DNA of 64,000 nucleotides from a virus: positions 1 to 64,000 of the IMG/VR virus record IMGVR_UViG_3300050030_000022. One strand, 5' to 3'. Positions 19,062-28,207 of the stretch are shown here, in pieces (position 1 is the first letter of the stretch; every line of letters begins with the position of its first letter). Made by a program: the position numbers and the translations under genes. Under the pieces are notes generated by a model. It was not told the origin of the DNA. It saw only the letters and a program-made list of their open reading frames with translations, and did not search any database.

Positions 19062-19796
19062 ATGACCAAAACCATTGCCATAATACCGATTAAGGGCAGG
19101 GAAACCCTCGCCTACCACACAATCAAACGATTGGTCAATGATAATATCCGTACCGTTTGTGTGGGTCACACGATGGCTGAGAAGTGTGTGGTGGAATGCG
19201 CCGGTGGGGACTTTATTAAAGTGAAAGACCGCATAACTTTGGGCGCAAAATGGCAACTTGCTTTAGATAAAGCCCGTGAACTTTCTCCCGACCAAATACT
19301 TTACATGGGCAGTAGTGATTTCGTTTCCCATAACTGGGTAAAAGTCATCCAGCAAGACCTTGATAATGGTTACGCCATGACGGGGACTAAAGGTATTTAC
19401 TTTCTGGACATCCAACCCCAAAATAAAAAGAGGATGATCTGGTGGGAAGGTTATCTGAAAGACCGCAGTGATGAACCTATCGGAACGGGGAGGTTGTTTT
19501 CGGCTAAGATGCTGGACTTGATGAATTGGAGATTATTTGATACAACACAGGATCACTCGATTGATTTCTACCAACTGCAATCACTACGGGCATATACTGA
19601 GATGTGGCCGAAGGATAAACTGATTTGCTACAATGATTCCAAAGAGATCGCCAGTTTGTCCATTTCGACTTATCGTTGGGAAAACAAACATAACTTTGCC
19701 GGTGAATCCAAATACCCGACCGCAAAGATAATGCAGTCCCCGGATAATGTTCTGAATAAGTATTTTAAGGAAGTAATAAATTTGTTCAATGAATGA
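19062..19796 (+). CDS. Glycosyltransferase family 2-like protein
   Basis: IAIIPIKGR, LGAKWQ, ILYMGSSDF, PIGTGR. Confidence 0.65.
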   Translation: MTKTIAIIPIKGRETLAYHTIKRLVNDNIRTVCVGHTMAEKCVVECAGGDFIKVKDRITLGAKWQLALDKARELSPDQILYMGSSDFVSHNWVKVIQQDLDNGYAMTGTKGIYFLDIQPQNKKRMIWWEGYLKDRSDEPIGTGRLFSAKMLDLMNWRLFDTTQDHSIDFYQLQSLRAYTEMWPKDKLICYNDSKEIASLSISTYRWENKHNFAGESKYPTAKIMQSPDNVLNKYFKEVINLFNE

Positions 19797-20793
19797 AATA
19801 ACCCGTGAGGCGCACGAAAAATACATTGCCACTCATCCGCCGTACATAACAATCTATCCTACCGATCATTGTTCGCATCACTGTTGGTATTGCTGTTCGC
19901 ATGAAGGCAACCGTAATCCGGTGAAATCGGTAATTGATGAAATGGGATGGCATAGTTTTATAAATAGGATTTTAAAACTTAGCAATGGTATTCCGTGCGA
20001 ATATCGTATATCGGGAGGGGAGCCACTGGAACACCCGGCAACCTTATTAATTATAGAAAGATTATTGGAAAATGGGCATACGGTTTGTTTGGGTACAAAT
20101 GGCGTGCATATTGAACATTTACAAAGATTGCAGGGTAAAATTAAATTTGAAACCTCTTTTCATTTAGGGCAATACCTGAAAGAACCTACCCGTGGCCGTG
20201 CGGATGATTGGATTGACGTGTACCTTCCTCAGATGTTAAACCACGCCTCAGGCATAGGAATAGTTATTCCCATGACCTTAGATGTTTTATACCATCCCGA
20301 CACCGAGAGTTATCTCGACCGGATTGAGGAGAAACTAAAGCCGTACAATTTCCCCTCCCATGCGTTTTCGTTCACCGAACTGTACGGTAATTTCAACGGG
20401 CGGACAATGCCACGGGATTACACTGAGGCTGACAGAAACCGTATTGTCGAGTTAATCCACAAATATTTAGACCCGGAATACAAAAGGACGATTGATGAAC
20501 TGAGTACAATTAACAAATCCCTGAAATTAAAGGGGGTTCCCTGTTATTATATGAGCCGTATGCTTCAGATCAACTCCATTGGAGATGTGATCGTATGCGG
20601 GGCGGGACTACCTGATAAGAAAATGGGCAACATTAAAAGCGACACATTAAACGTAAAGATCACTGATGAACCCCAACCGTGTGAATTTGAATCCTGCGGC
20701 TGTCCCCCGATGGCTTATTCAGCTTGCCTCGAACCGCATGGTATGACGTTTGAAGATTATAACAAAATAGGCAATGAGAATCCTGGTAATTGA
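19789..20793 (+). CDS. Radical SAM protein with C-terminal Cys cluster (SPASM/Twitch-like)
   Basis: CSHHCWYC (CxxxCxxC), ISGGEP, TNG; C-terminal C..INSIGDVIVC..PC...CGC. Confidence 0.85.
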   Translation: MNEITREAHEKYIATHPPYITIYPTDHCSHHCWYCCSHEGNRNPVKSVIDEMGWHSFINRILKLSNGIPCEYRISGGEPLEHPATLLIIERLLENGHTVCLGTNGVHIEHLQRLQGKIKFETSFHLGQYLKEPTRGRADDWIDVYLPQMLNHASGIGIVIPMTLDVLYHPDTESYLDRIEEKLKPYNFPSHAFSFTELYGNFNGRTMPRDYTEADRNRIVELIHKYLDPEYKRTIDELSTINKSLKLKGVPCYYMSRMLQINSIGDVIVCGAGLPDKKMGNIKSDTLNVKITDEPQPCEFESCGCPPMAYSACLEPHGMTFEDYNKIGNENPGN

Positions 20794-21565
20794 TAAATTC
20801 TTTCAACCCCGTGACCCGGCGCAAACGGATATGTACCGTGTGATGGCGGACGGTCATTATTGCACCTTCTCCGAAAACCCGATGGAGGACATAATGATTG
20901 ACAATTACGACATTCTCTATTTAGGGATTTATCACCCGAACCTCGACCTGGATTTATCGCAACTGCTTTTATACAATCACAAACCCGTAATTATAGATCA
21001 GGCGGACAACGAAGAGTTTGTGCAGAGAAATAAAATCCCCATGAGTCCGAATGTGAAATGGGTATTATCGCGCTATTTGCCGAATGAAACATTGGAAACC
21101 TATTGCACTCAGAACGGATTTCCGCTGGCGTTTCTGCCGTGGTATGTTAATCCCGACCGCTTTTATGTAACAAAGGAAAAACTTTACGACATATCATTCG
21201 TTTGCTCTATGTACGGCAAGCGGAAGGATATTGCCAATCACATCAAAGGTTATTGCGAACTGTCTGAAAACAAAAGTAGCAAGGTCGGAGAATTTTATGG
21301 CCGGGAGTATGTTGATATTATGGCTAAATCCTACATGGTTTACATGGAATGCGGGAGAAAATGCGTAACCCAAAAGTATATCGAGGCTTCTGTTTGCGAC
21401 TGCGTACTGGTAGGCGACAAACCGCTTTACCCGGAGAATGAATTGATCGTTTACCCGGATGTACCCAATGACTATACCAATATGGGGGGCAACCGGGAAT
21501 ATATTTTAAAGACTTTTGCTAATAAGAATTGGTTTATGGAGAAGTTTAACGAACTGTTAAAATAA
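20774..21565 (+). CDS. GT-B-like glycosyltransferase (CgeB/Glyco_trans_1_2-like)
   Basis: LPWYVNPDRF, KLYDISF, R..IA, EYVDIMAKS, KYIEA. Confidence 0.6.
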   Translation: MRILVIDKFFQPRDPAQTDMYRVMADGHYCTFSENPMEDIMIDNYDILYLGIYHPNLDLDLSQLLLYNHKPVIIDQADNEEFVQRNKIPMSPNVKWVLSRYLPNETLETYCTQNGFPLAFLPWYVNPDRFYVTKEKLYDISFVCSMYGKRKDIANHIKGYCELSENKSSKVGEFYGREYVDIMAKSYMVYMECGRKCVTQKYIEASVCDCVLVGDKPLYPENELIVYPDVPNDYTNMGGNREYILKTFANKNWFMEKFNELLK

Positions 21566-21571
21566 AATATT

Positions 21572-21787
21572 ATGAAAGCAAGCGATGCCAGGGATTTATC
21601 CAGGTTAACCGTCTCTAAAGAAATAGAGGAGATTGAAATTTTAATAAAAACAGCCTGCGATAATGGCGAAGTATCAGTGTCCACGACACGGTTATCCCCT
21701 GCCGCCGAGAGGGTATTAAAAGAGGGGGGTTTTTTGGTTGAGTATTGTGGTGTATCGGGATATTCATATTGGACAATCAAATGGTAA
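21572..21787 (+). CDS. Phage hypothetical protein
   Basis: 71 aa, MKASDAR...TIKW. Confidence 0.5.
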   Translation: MKASDARDLSRLTVSKEIEEIEILIKTACDNGEVSVSTTRLSPAAERVLKEGGFLVEYCGVSGYSYWTIKW

Positions 21788-21788
21788 A

Positions 21789-22334
21789 ATGACCCAACTG
21801 CTCCAGGAAATACGCCTTAAACAAGCCATGAAGGAAAAGGGCGTGGACTTACCCTACACCATTGATCACGCTACACCCAAAACCGCGGTCGGTGATAAAG
21901 AATATCCTTTGGTCTTTCCCCGCTTTTTAATCAACACCGATCAGCCCAAGACGATCAACACGCTCTTTATCGGTTTAATCACGGACAAACGCAAACAGTG
22001 GCTCACAAGGTTCCCTGATGCTGTAATCATCAATTCCCTTCGCGGCAGAAGTGAGGCGACTAAGGTGTATGACAAGACCTATTTTGACAAAATGGCACAA
22101 TCTAAGTTTGTCCTTTGCCCGGATGGAGATTTTGTCTGGACGTACCGATTCTTTGAGGCCATACTAAGTGGCGCAATCCCGGTCATTCAGAATCATTGCA
22201 GTCTGTACCGGGGATATATGTATGTAGTGGGTAGGAAATATAACAAGAATTTTTACAATATAGTTTATAGAGAAGTAGGACAGGAGTGGTCGGAGGCAAA
22301 TCTTGCCAAGATGGAAAAGGAGATGATGCTATGA
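21789..22334 (+). CDS. Exostosin (GT47)-like glycosyltransferase
   Basis: SKFVLCPDGDFVWTYRFFEAILSGAIPVI; start placed at MTQLL. Confidence 0.75.
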   Translation: MTQLLQEIRLKQAMKEKGVDLPYTIDHATPKTAVGDKEYPLVFPRFLINTDQPKTINTLFIGLITDKRKQWLTRFPDAVIINSLRGRSEATKVYDKTYFDKMAQSKFVLCPDGDFVWTYRFFEAILSGAIPVIQNHCSLYRGYMYVVGRKYNKNFYNIVYREVGQEWSEANLAKMEKEMML

Positions 22335-23017
22335 ACGCCTACTGGTACACCGACAACCCTTTATCTGACGTAGGCAATGTAGGCGATATGCTTGCGCCCA
22401 TCATCATTGAGCATTACATGGGCAAGCGTCCTGTTTTTGTCCCCTCTTATGCTAAAGGTAAACTGTTGTCCTGTGGGTCGATCGCTGAATTTATCCAAGA
22501 TGGAGATACTGTTTGGGGCAGTGGACTGATTCAGGCGATGAATTTAACCAAGAAGATGGATGTAAATATCTTAGCCGTCAGGGGACAACTCACGGCACAA
22601 CGTCTTTCAGAAACAGGTTACGAGGTTCCTAAAGTGTACGGCGACCCCGCCAGTTTAATGCCCCGGATTTACTACCCTATGGTAAAGCGAAAGTACAAGA
22701 TGGGTTATGTGCCTCACTATGTAGAAAAACTGGAGTTCTTGAGCCTGTTTGGCTATCATGGGTTAGTCTTTTCTATTATAGACACGCCTCAGCACTTTAT
22801 AGATACGCTTCTGTCTTGTGAGCAGATAACCACCTCGTCACTTCATGCGCTTATCCTGGCTGATGCTTATGGCATTCCCTGTCATTATTTACAGGTGACG
22901 GATAAGATCATCGGGGGGTATTTTAAATACGAGGATTACATCTCAGGTCGGGGGAGTGAGGATAAATTGGAAAATGTTTTTAAGGAGTATTGTCAGAAGG
23001 TGTGCAAAACGGAGTAA
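22331..23017 (+). CDS. Polysaccharide pyruvyl transferase family protein
   Basis: NVGDML, GSI, VWGSG, AVRGQLT, YGDPA, VPHY, TSSLHALILADAYGIP, FKYEDY; start placed at MNAYWY. Confidence 0.85.
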   Translation: MNAYWYTDNPLSDVGNVGDMLAPIIIEHYMGKRPVFVPSYAKGKLLSCGSIAEFIQDGDTVWGSGLIQAMNLTKKMDVNILAVRGQLTAQRLSETGYEVPKVYGDPASLMPRIYYPMVKRKYKMGYVPHYVEKLEFLSLFGYHGLVFSIIDTPQHFIDTLLSCEQITTSSLHALILADAYGIPCHYLQVTDKIIGGYFKYEDYISGRGSEDKLENVFKEYCQKVCKTE

Positions 23018-23022
23018 ATTTA
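22990..23022 (+). promoter_or_regulatory. Class-1 promoter
   Basis: TTGT-N8-GTGCA-N8-TAAATTTA. Confidence 0.6.
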
Positions 23023-23045
23023 CATTAAACTTTCAATCATAGATT

Positions 23046-23261
23046 ATGAGAAAAATTATTGGGATTATTGCTATGTGGGTTATTATTTGCCAAATCCCAG
23101 CATTAATTGGGACTCTGGTCACTATGAGTCCTGAATATAAAAATACCCCTTGGTGGCAAGGTTATTTGATGGGTTTGGCGATCCCGGCCTTTATCGCAAC
23201 TGGTGTAGGTATAGTGATATTAGCTCTTGTTGTCAGGGGTTGGATTAATGGTAGGGGCTGA
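23046..23261 (+). CDS. Small two-TM membrane protein
   Basis: Two hydrophobic helices. Confidence 0.55.
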   Translation: MRKIIGIIAMWVIICQIPALIGTLVTMSPEYKNTPWWQGYLMGLAIPAFIATGVGIVILALVVRGWINGRG

Positions 23262-23292
23262 TTTTAAAATAATATAGATTAAACTTACGATT

Positions 23293-23544
23293 ATGAAATT
23301 GGAAAATTTTGATCGGGTAAAAGAAATAGTTGATTTAATATCTTATAATGAGAGGCAAATTAACCGCATCCAGTCGTCCACTTATGTGGCTTTCACAACG
23401 CCTACGGGTCACGCTCAGTTCGAGATCGCCGTTCATACATTGGGAGAACCTTATTATGAATTGGCTAATAATTTTTTAGTTGACGTGGTTGCAAAAATAC
23501 AATCTCAAATTGAGGATTTAAAAAGGGAACTCGAAACCTTATGA
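23293..23544 (+). CDS. Phage hypothetical protein
   Basis: 83 aa with a C-terminal coiled coil. Confidence 0.55.
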   Translation: MKLENFDRVKEIVDLISYNERQINRIQSSTYVAFTTPTGHAQFEIAVHTLGEPYYELANNFLVDVVAKIQSQIEDLKRELETL

Positions 23545-23714
23545 CTTTCACCGTCTACTTTGAAATCTTTGGCAAGAAACTCAAGACTACCATTGAGGCC
23601 AACTCGGAAGAGGATGCTAAATATAAGGTGATGGGTAAGATCAAATGGCACAAGATCACGCCGGGGAGTGAAGATACTTTTGATTGGTTGAAACATCAAA
23701 TGGGAATAAAATAA
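23541..23714 (+). CDS. Small phage protein (57 aa, below the ORF-track cutoff)
   Basis: MTFTVYFEIFGKKLKTTIEANSEEDAK...; ATGA overlap with the upstream stop. Confidence 0.6.
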   Translation: MTFTVYFEIFGKKLKTTIEANSEEDAKYKVMGKIKWHKITPGSEDTFDWLKHQMGIK

Positions 23715-23735
23715 CATCCATTAAATATAAACAAT

Positions 23736-24041
23736 ATGCCATTTTACAGATCAAAAAAAGACTCAGATATAGTGGAATTTTTCGGCGTACCACCAGACCC
23801 TATGTATTGGGATTTGATTATTGATGAGCAACCACCCTCCGCCCTCTCCAATCAAATCGGCGGTACGCATTACAAAGACTTTAAGATTCAGCCTGCACAG
23901 TTTTTCTTTGCCAATAACACCCCTTACTTAGAGGGCTCCGCCTGTCTGTATATTCTACGATGGCGCAAAAAGAACGGTATCGAGGACTTGCGAAAAGCTA
24001 TCCATACGATTGAAATGCTTATTGAGATGGAGGAAAAATGA
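23736..24041 (+). CDS. DUF3310-like (T7 gp1.7-related) protein
   Basis: QIGGTHYK..IQP, YILRWRKKNGIEDLRKAIH. Confidence 0.75.
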   Translation: MPFYRSKKDSDIVEFFGVPPDPMYWDLIIDEQPPSALSNQIGGTHYKDFKIQPAQFFFANNTPYLEGSACLYILRWRKKNGIEDLRKAIHTIEMLIEMEEK

Positions 24042-24259
24042 AATCCCACAAGAAACTCAAAAGAAAAATCACACGATTGACGCACCTGAATAATTCCTTA
24101 CAAAAGGAAATACAGGTTTTGGTATTTGAGCCAAACTCCATGCGAGCCACGGAGATTAAAGTGATGTACAATGTGTTGCGGGATATGGAAAACGCAGTAT
24201 TATTCGGCACTGTCGAATGGCATAATACCAATATGGAAACTGAATCTACTCTGCCATAA
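24038..24259 (+). CDS. Phage hypothetical protein
   Basis: ATGA-coupled 73-aa ORF. Confidence 0.5.
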   Translation: MKSHKKLKRKITRLTHLNNSLQKEIQVLVFEPNSMRATEIKVMYNVLRDMENAVLFGTVEWHNTNMETESTLP

Positions 24260-24307
24260 GGGTACGGTACGTTACGCATCCTTTGTTTTGAAATTTAAAA
24301 TAGCGTT

Positions 24308-24673
24308 ATGATAAAGGTTTACATAGCCGGTGCTTATTCGGACGACAACGTAATCGGCGTGTTAAAAAACATTGGTCGTGGGGAAGAAATCGCAGCCCAG
24401 GTTTTTAAATTGGGGTTTGCGCCCTTTACCCCGTGGCACGATAAAAGTTTTGTGATGCTGAACTGGAGGGATGAATTTACCGTAAAACAGTTTTATGATT
24501 ATTCGATTGCTTGGTTAAAAGTTTCGGACGCAGTATTAGTGGTTCCCAATATTAAGAATGTTAAAAATTGGGAGGATTCAAGTGGAACACGTTATGAATT
24601 AGAGCAAGCCCGCGAACTACAAATACCCATATTTTATTCCATATATGCCTTGCGGAAACATTACAATAATTAG
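24308..24673 (+). CDS. Nucleoside deoxyribosyltransferase-fold protein (DUF4406-like)
   Basis: KVYIAGAY, PFTPW, WLKVSDAV, WEDSSGTRYE..A..L.IPIF. Confidence 0.7.
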   Translation: MIKVYIAGAYSDDNVIGVLKNIGRGEEIAAQVFKLGFAPFTPWHDKSFVMLNWRDEFTVKQFYDYSIAWLKVSDAVLVVPNIKNVKNWEDSSGTRYELEQARELQIPIFYSIYALRKHYNN

Positions 24674-24686
24674 TATTCTTTGCCCG

Positions 24687-24725
24687 ATTTATCGCACTAT
24701 AAAATTTGCATTATGGTTATCTTCG
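24687..24725 (+). promoter_or_regulatory. Class-2 promoter
   Basis: ATTTATCGC-N22-TATCTTCG. Confidence 0.6.
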
Positions 24726-24745
24726 CTTCCCTTTCCAAAAATAAG

Positions 24746-25129
24746 ATGATCGAACAAATCAATGACCACGTATTCAGGGTTTCCCGCACGGATTTACGGC
24801 AGACCCCCGGTGCAATCTTTGAGCAAATCCAGGACATCGTACAGTGCGATGCTTCCTATTTGACAGCCCGTAAGCGAAGCGATGCAAACATTAACGGCTC
24901 ACTGAAGCTGATAGAGGATATTGAGAACGACTACCGAAGTCATGCCTTAGTGATCGTCCATCGGAACACACGCTACCCTGTAATCTTCAGGAGGAGAAGT
25001 TTTGCCGTGATCACAGACCGATACAACCGGATTATCTCAGTTCTGCATTCAGTGACCGGCAGGGAAACGATTACCCGCAAGATCGGTCGGGAAGTTTTAA
25101 AAGTTTATCACCATGCCCACCCCGACTAA
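24746..25129 (+). CDS. Phage hypothetical protein
   Basis: Start MIEQIND just after the class-2 promoter. Confidence 0.55.
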   Translation: MIEQINDHVFRVSRTDLRQTPGAIFEQIQDIVQCDASYLTARKRSDANINGSLKLIEDIENDYRSHALVIVHRNTRYPVIFRRRSFAVITDRYNRIISVLHSVTGRETITRKIGREVLKVYHHAHPD

Positions 25130-25307
25130 ACATATCTCCCGCAAGATAGCGGGTAAATTTAAATTGGTCGCCGTCCGGGACACCGATTGTTCACGCCGGG
25201 ACTGCCTTAGACTGATGATAAAAGCCAATAGTGAATACTGCTGTAAGACACGGGAACTATTTGGGTGTCCGGCAAGGTCGAAATTACCGTTAGCTAAAAG
25301 AGATTAA
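25113..25307 (+). CDS. Small Cys-rich protein
   Basis: 64 aa with five Cys. Confidence 0.45.
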   Translation: MPTPTKHISRKIAGKFKLVAVRDTDCSRRDCLRLMIKANSEYCCKTRELFGCPARSKLPLAKRD

Positions 25308-25308
25308 T

Positions 25309-25911
25309 ATGAATGACTGGACTGGAAATAGCAATAGCATTTACAAAACACTTGGGAGCTCTCACCACTCTGAGCACAACCGACAGTCGCATGATTATTA
25401 CGCCACAGAACCTCGTGCTGGTGAGATGCTATTAAAATTAGAATCGTTCCACCATGATATCTGGGAATGTGCTTGCGGTGAAGGGCATTTAAGTAAGGTG
25501 TTCATTAATAATGGGTATTCTGTTAGGAGTACTGATTTAATTGATCGAGGTTTTGGTGAATCGGGGATTGATTTTTTGGGTATTGATAATCAAATTTGGA
25601 GCGGTGATATTATTACCAACCCACCTTATATTTATGCAAAAGAGTTTGTTGAAAAGGCATTACAAATTATATCTAATGGTAATAAGGTTGCGATGTTTCT
25701 TAAGGTGCAATTTATGGAGGGTAAGGGAAGAAAACAACTATTCGTTAAATATCCACCTAAAACAATATGGGTATCATCATCCCGATTAAATTGTGCCAAA
25801 AATGGGGACTTTCACGGATTGAGGATATCGGGCGGGTCAGCGGTCGCTTATGCGTGGTGGATTTGGGAGAAGGGGTTTAATGGTGACACGACTTTAAAAT
25901 GGTTTAATTAA
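25309..25911 (+). CDS. Phage amino (N6A/N4C) DNA methyltransferase-like protein
   Basis: DYYATEP, WECACGEG (SAM binding), ITNPPY (catalytic). Confidence 0.75.
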   Translation: MNDWTGNSNSIYKTLGSSHHSEHNRQSHDYYATEPRAGEMLLKLESFHHDIWECACGEGHLSKVFINNGYSVRSTDLIDRGFGESGIDFLGIDNQIWSGDIITNPPYIYAKEFVEKALQIISNGNKVAMFLKVQFMEGKGRKQLFVKYPPKTIWVSSSRLNCAKNGDFHGLRISGGSAVAYAWWIWEKGFNGDTTLKWFN

Positions 25912-25922
25912 TATATTTTGAT

Positions 25923-26510
25923 ATGTACCGCACACAAGTCATTCAAAAGGCCATTGACCACCTCCAAGCAACAAGTTACCTCGAAATCGGGGTCTGCGGA
26001 GGAAAGAACTTTAAGGAAAATGTAACTTATCTTCAGGAAACGAGTGATTTTTTCTTTGAGAATTTCCCGTATCAAAGATATGACGTAATCTTCATTGACG
26101 GTCTCCACACGAAAGAACAAGCATGGAAGGACTTTTTAAACGCCCTGACGGTTCTTAATCCCGGTGGTGCGGTTATATTCCACGACTGTAACCCAACCTC
26201 TGAGGCGATGCAGAGAGTTCCACAGACGCAGAAACGATGGACGGGGGATGTGTGGAAATGTTGGGTAAATGTGGTGGAATTGGCTTATGATTTTTCGTTA
26301 GGCGAAACGTATTGTGTCGAAGGTGATTATGGGTTGGGTGTATTACTCACTGATCGTGACGCAAGTGTTAAGACATTTCTGGAATTGAATAATTTACAAT
26401 CAACTGATTACCCTGATTGGGTAAGGTTGGATTATGATGAATTGATTGAAGATCGGATTGATTTATTGCACCTGATCTCCGATGCTGAACTTAACCTGCT
26501 GACCCAATAG
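25923..26510 (+). CDS. Class I SAM methyltransferase (Methyltransf_24-like)
   Basis: YLEIGV, TSDFFF, DVIFIDGLH, LNPGG.VIFHD, WTGDVWK. Confidence 0.8.
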   Translation: MYRTQVIQKAIDHLQATSYLEIGVCGGKNFKENVTYLQETSDFFFENFPYQRYDVIFIDGLHTKEQAWKDFLNALTVLNPGGAVIFHDCNPTSEAMQRVPQTQKRWTGDVWKCWVNVVELAYDFSLGETYCVEGDYGLGVLLTDRDASVKTFLELNNLQSTDYPDWVRLDYDELIEDRIDLLHLISDAELNLLTQ

Positions 26511-26724
26511 TTCCTTCGTGCGCTTGAACTACATACGGCTCAGTCCGTGAAGGTTTACCATGACGTGTCCACCCCAAAGTTTTAAATCCCGGTTTAGTCA
26601 GTTCGTATCGGTAGCGTTCCAAATCCTTAGAGATAGCGAGATGCTTTTGGGCAATGTTATTGTATTCCAACGCTAAATCACGGTGGCGTTCAATGAGAAG
26701 TTCGACCGCTTTTACCCGACTCAT
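26491..26724 (-). CDS. Phage hypothetical protein
   Basis: MSRVKAVELL..., coupled to the upstream small ORF. Confidence 0.45.
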   Translation of the reverse strand: MSRVKAVELLIERHRDLALEYNNIAQKHLAISKDLERYRYELTKPGFKTLGWTRHGKPSRTEPYVVQAHEGTIGSAG

Positions 26725-26888
26725 ACCCTCCACTTTTTAATATCCAGAAAGAAGTCACATTCAAACTTGCGTCCTACCCATTTGCCGGGAGGATTGATGT
26801 AGGATTGGTGTTCGCTTGCCAAAGCGGTGAAGCGGTAACACTTATTTCTAATCGGGCAGGAATAGCCCGAACACTTGCTTATATCCAT
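26721..26888 (-). CDS. Small Cys-rich phage protein (55 aa, not in the ORF track)
   Basis: MDISKCSGYSCPIRNKCYRF...ECDFF. Confidence 0.6.
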   Translation of the reverse strand: MDISKCSGYSCPIRNKCYRFTALASEHQSYINPPGKWVGRKFECDFFLDIKKWRV

Positions 26889-26891
26889 AAT

Positions 26892-27881
26892 TTAGGCTGT
26901 TATTTCCCTGACTTGCACCCAACTAATCCCATCAATCACGACAATATACCCAAACGAACAATCTTGATCGCCGTAAGGCGAGTAATCCTGTGGCGCACAC
27001 ATACTTCCGAGAGAGTACGTTCTGATCTGTCCGCCGTTAAGCGTGTTGCCCATGTGCGAAGAGGTGCGGTGAAAATGATTGATTAAGGTATTCGACCGTG
27101 CCTTCAAAAAGATATTACGGGCAGGGTTTACATTCCCCGCACCACCGTTGTATTCGTGACCGTGTAAGATATTTAAGTCACCACAGACAATCCGGCGTTC
27201 ATCTTTGACCACGATAATATTCATTTCATTAACAGGGATCACATCATCCAGGTTCATCGTGCCAACCATATAATGCAGGGGTGCGTTAGTCTTAAAGTAA
27301 GAATCCCATCGCTTTTCGTGGTTTCCGAACTTCCATACGATTAATACATTCGGGAAGGTTGCCCTGAGATTCAGCAGGAACTCATACCCCATCTCTATGT
27401 CGTACTCTATATTGGGTTTCCTGCCGTCTTTAGTAAACTTGGAATCCTGGTACAAGTCAATCAGGTCGCCGTTTAAAATAATGCAATTTACCTCCTTGTG
27501 TAATCCGTACTCAATGGCTTTTAAGATAGCGACATTACTCTGGTAAGGGAAGTGGGTATCTCCAAATACCAAAATCCGGTCATTGACTTTTGGAATAATG
27601 TACGGCGGTCGCGGAGTGGTCGCTGGGCAAGGTAGAGAGAATTTATCCCGCAAGGCTTTATCCAAATCTTTAACATGGGTAAGATCAGCGAGTTTCTGCC
27701 GCCCCCTTTCCCCTATTGCGCCACGGTAATACCTGACTACATTACGGGCGTGTTCAACTGTTTCAAAATGTTCCGGGAATTGTTGGTACAATCTTTTAGC
27801 TAAGGTGAGGTTTCCGGCGGTCGGGTATTCGTCCATTAAGGCTTTAGCGAGACGGCCTGATGACTTTGCGGGGTTACTCAT
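26892..27881 (-). CDS. Calcineurin-like metallophosphoesterase
   Basis: GDTHFP, LNGDLID, GNHE, HGHE, HFHR motifs. Confidence 0.85.
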   Translation of the reverse strand: MSNPAKSSGRLAKALMDEYPTAGNLTLAKRLYQQFPEHFETVEHARNVVRYYRGAIGERGRQKLADLTHVKDLDKALRDKFSLPCPATTPRPPYIIPKVNDRILVFGDTHFPYQSNVAILKAIEYGLHKEVNCIILNGDLIDLYQDSKFTKDGRKPNIEYDIEMGYEFLLNLRATFPNVLIVWKFGNHEKRWDSYFKTNAPLHYMVGTMNLDDVIPVNEMNIIVVKDERRIVCGDLNILHGHEYNGGAGNVNPARNIFLKARSNTLINHFHRTSSHMGNTLNGGQIRTYSLGSMCAPQDYSPYGDQDCSFGYIVVIDGISWVQVREITA

Positions 27882-28164
27882 TATGATTTTTTTTGGTTAA
27901 TACTGTCGGGCCACAATCCAGGTCGATTGACCAGAAACCAAGTTGGGCGTGTTTAATAGATATTCCATTATCTTTTGCCGCCTGCTTTACTGCCCACTCT
28001 TTCCATTCGGCATACTGTTCGTCAGTACATGGGTATAAAGCAAACCATTTGCCCGACTTACATTCTTCGGGGTGCTTCTCCCCAACTTCTTTAATGGTCG
28101 TGTTGTGGAATTTTTTCAGCCACCATTCCCGGTAAAAGTTTGCATCGTTTTGTGGTACTCTCAT
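27874..28164 (-). CDS. Phage hypothetical protein
   Basis: 96 aa, directly after a class-1 promoter. Confidence 0.55.
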   Translation of the reverse strand: MRVPQNDANFYREWWLKKFHNTTIKEVGEKHPEECKSGKWFALYPCTDEQYAEWKEWAVKQAAKDNGISIKHAQLGFWSIDLDCGPTVLTKKNHNE

Positions 28165-28183
28165 AAAAACGAGATTTATTCAT

Positions 28184-28204
28184 CAAATGTAAGTGATTTT
28201 GCAC
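28184..28204 (-). promoter_or_regulatory. Class-1 promoter
   Basis: Minus strand GTGCA-N8-TACATTTG. Confidence 0.65.
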
Positions 28205-28207
28205 AAC

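Noticed and set aside
14638-20960. Extra ATTTATCGC copies at 14638 and 20952
   Set aside because: Inside CDSs and lacking a -7-like octamer 22 nt downstream.
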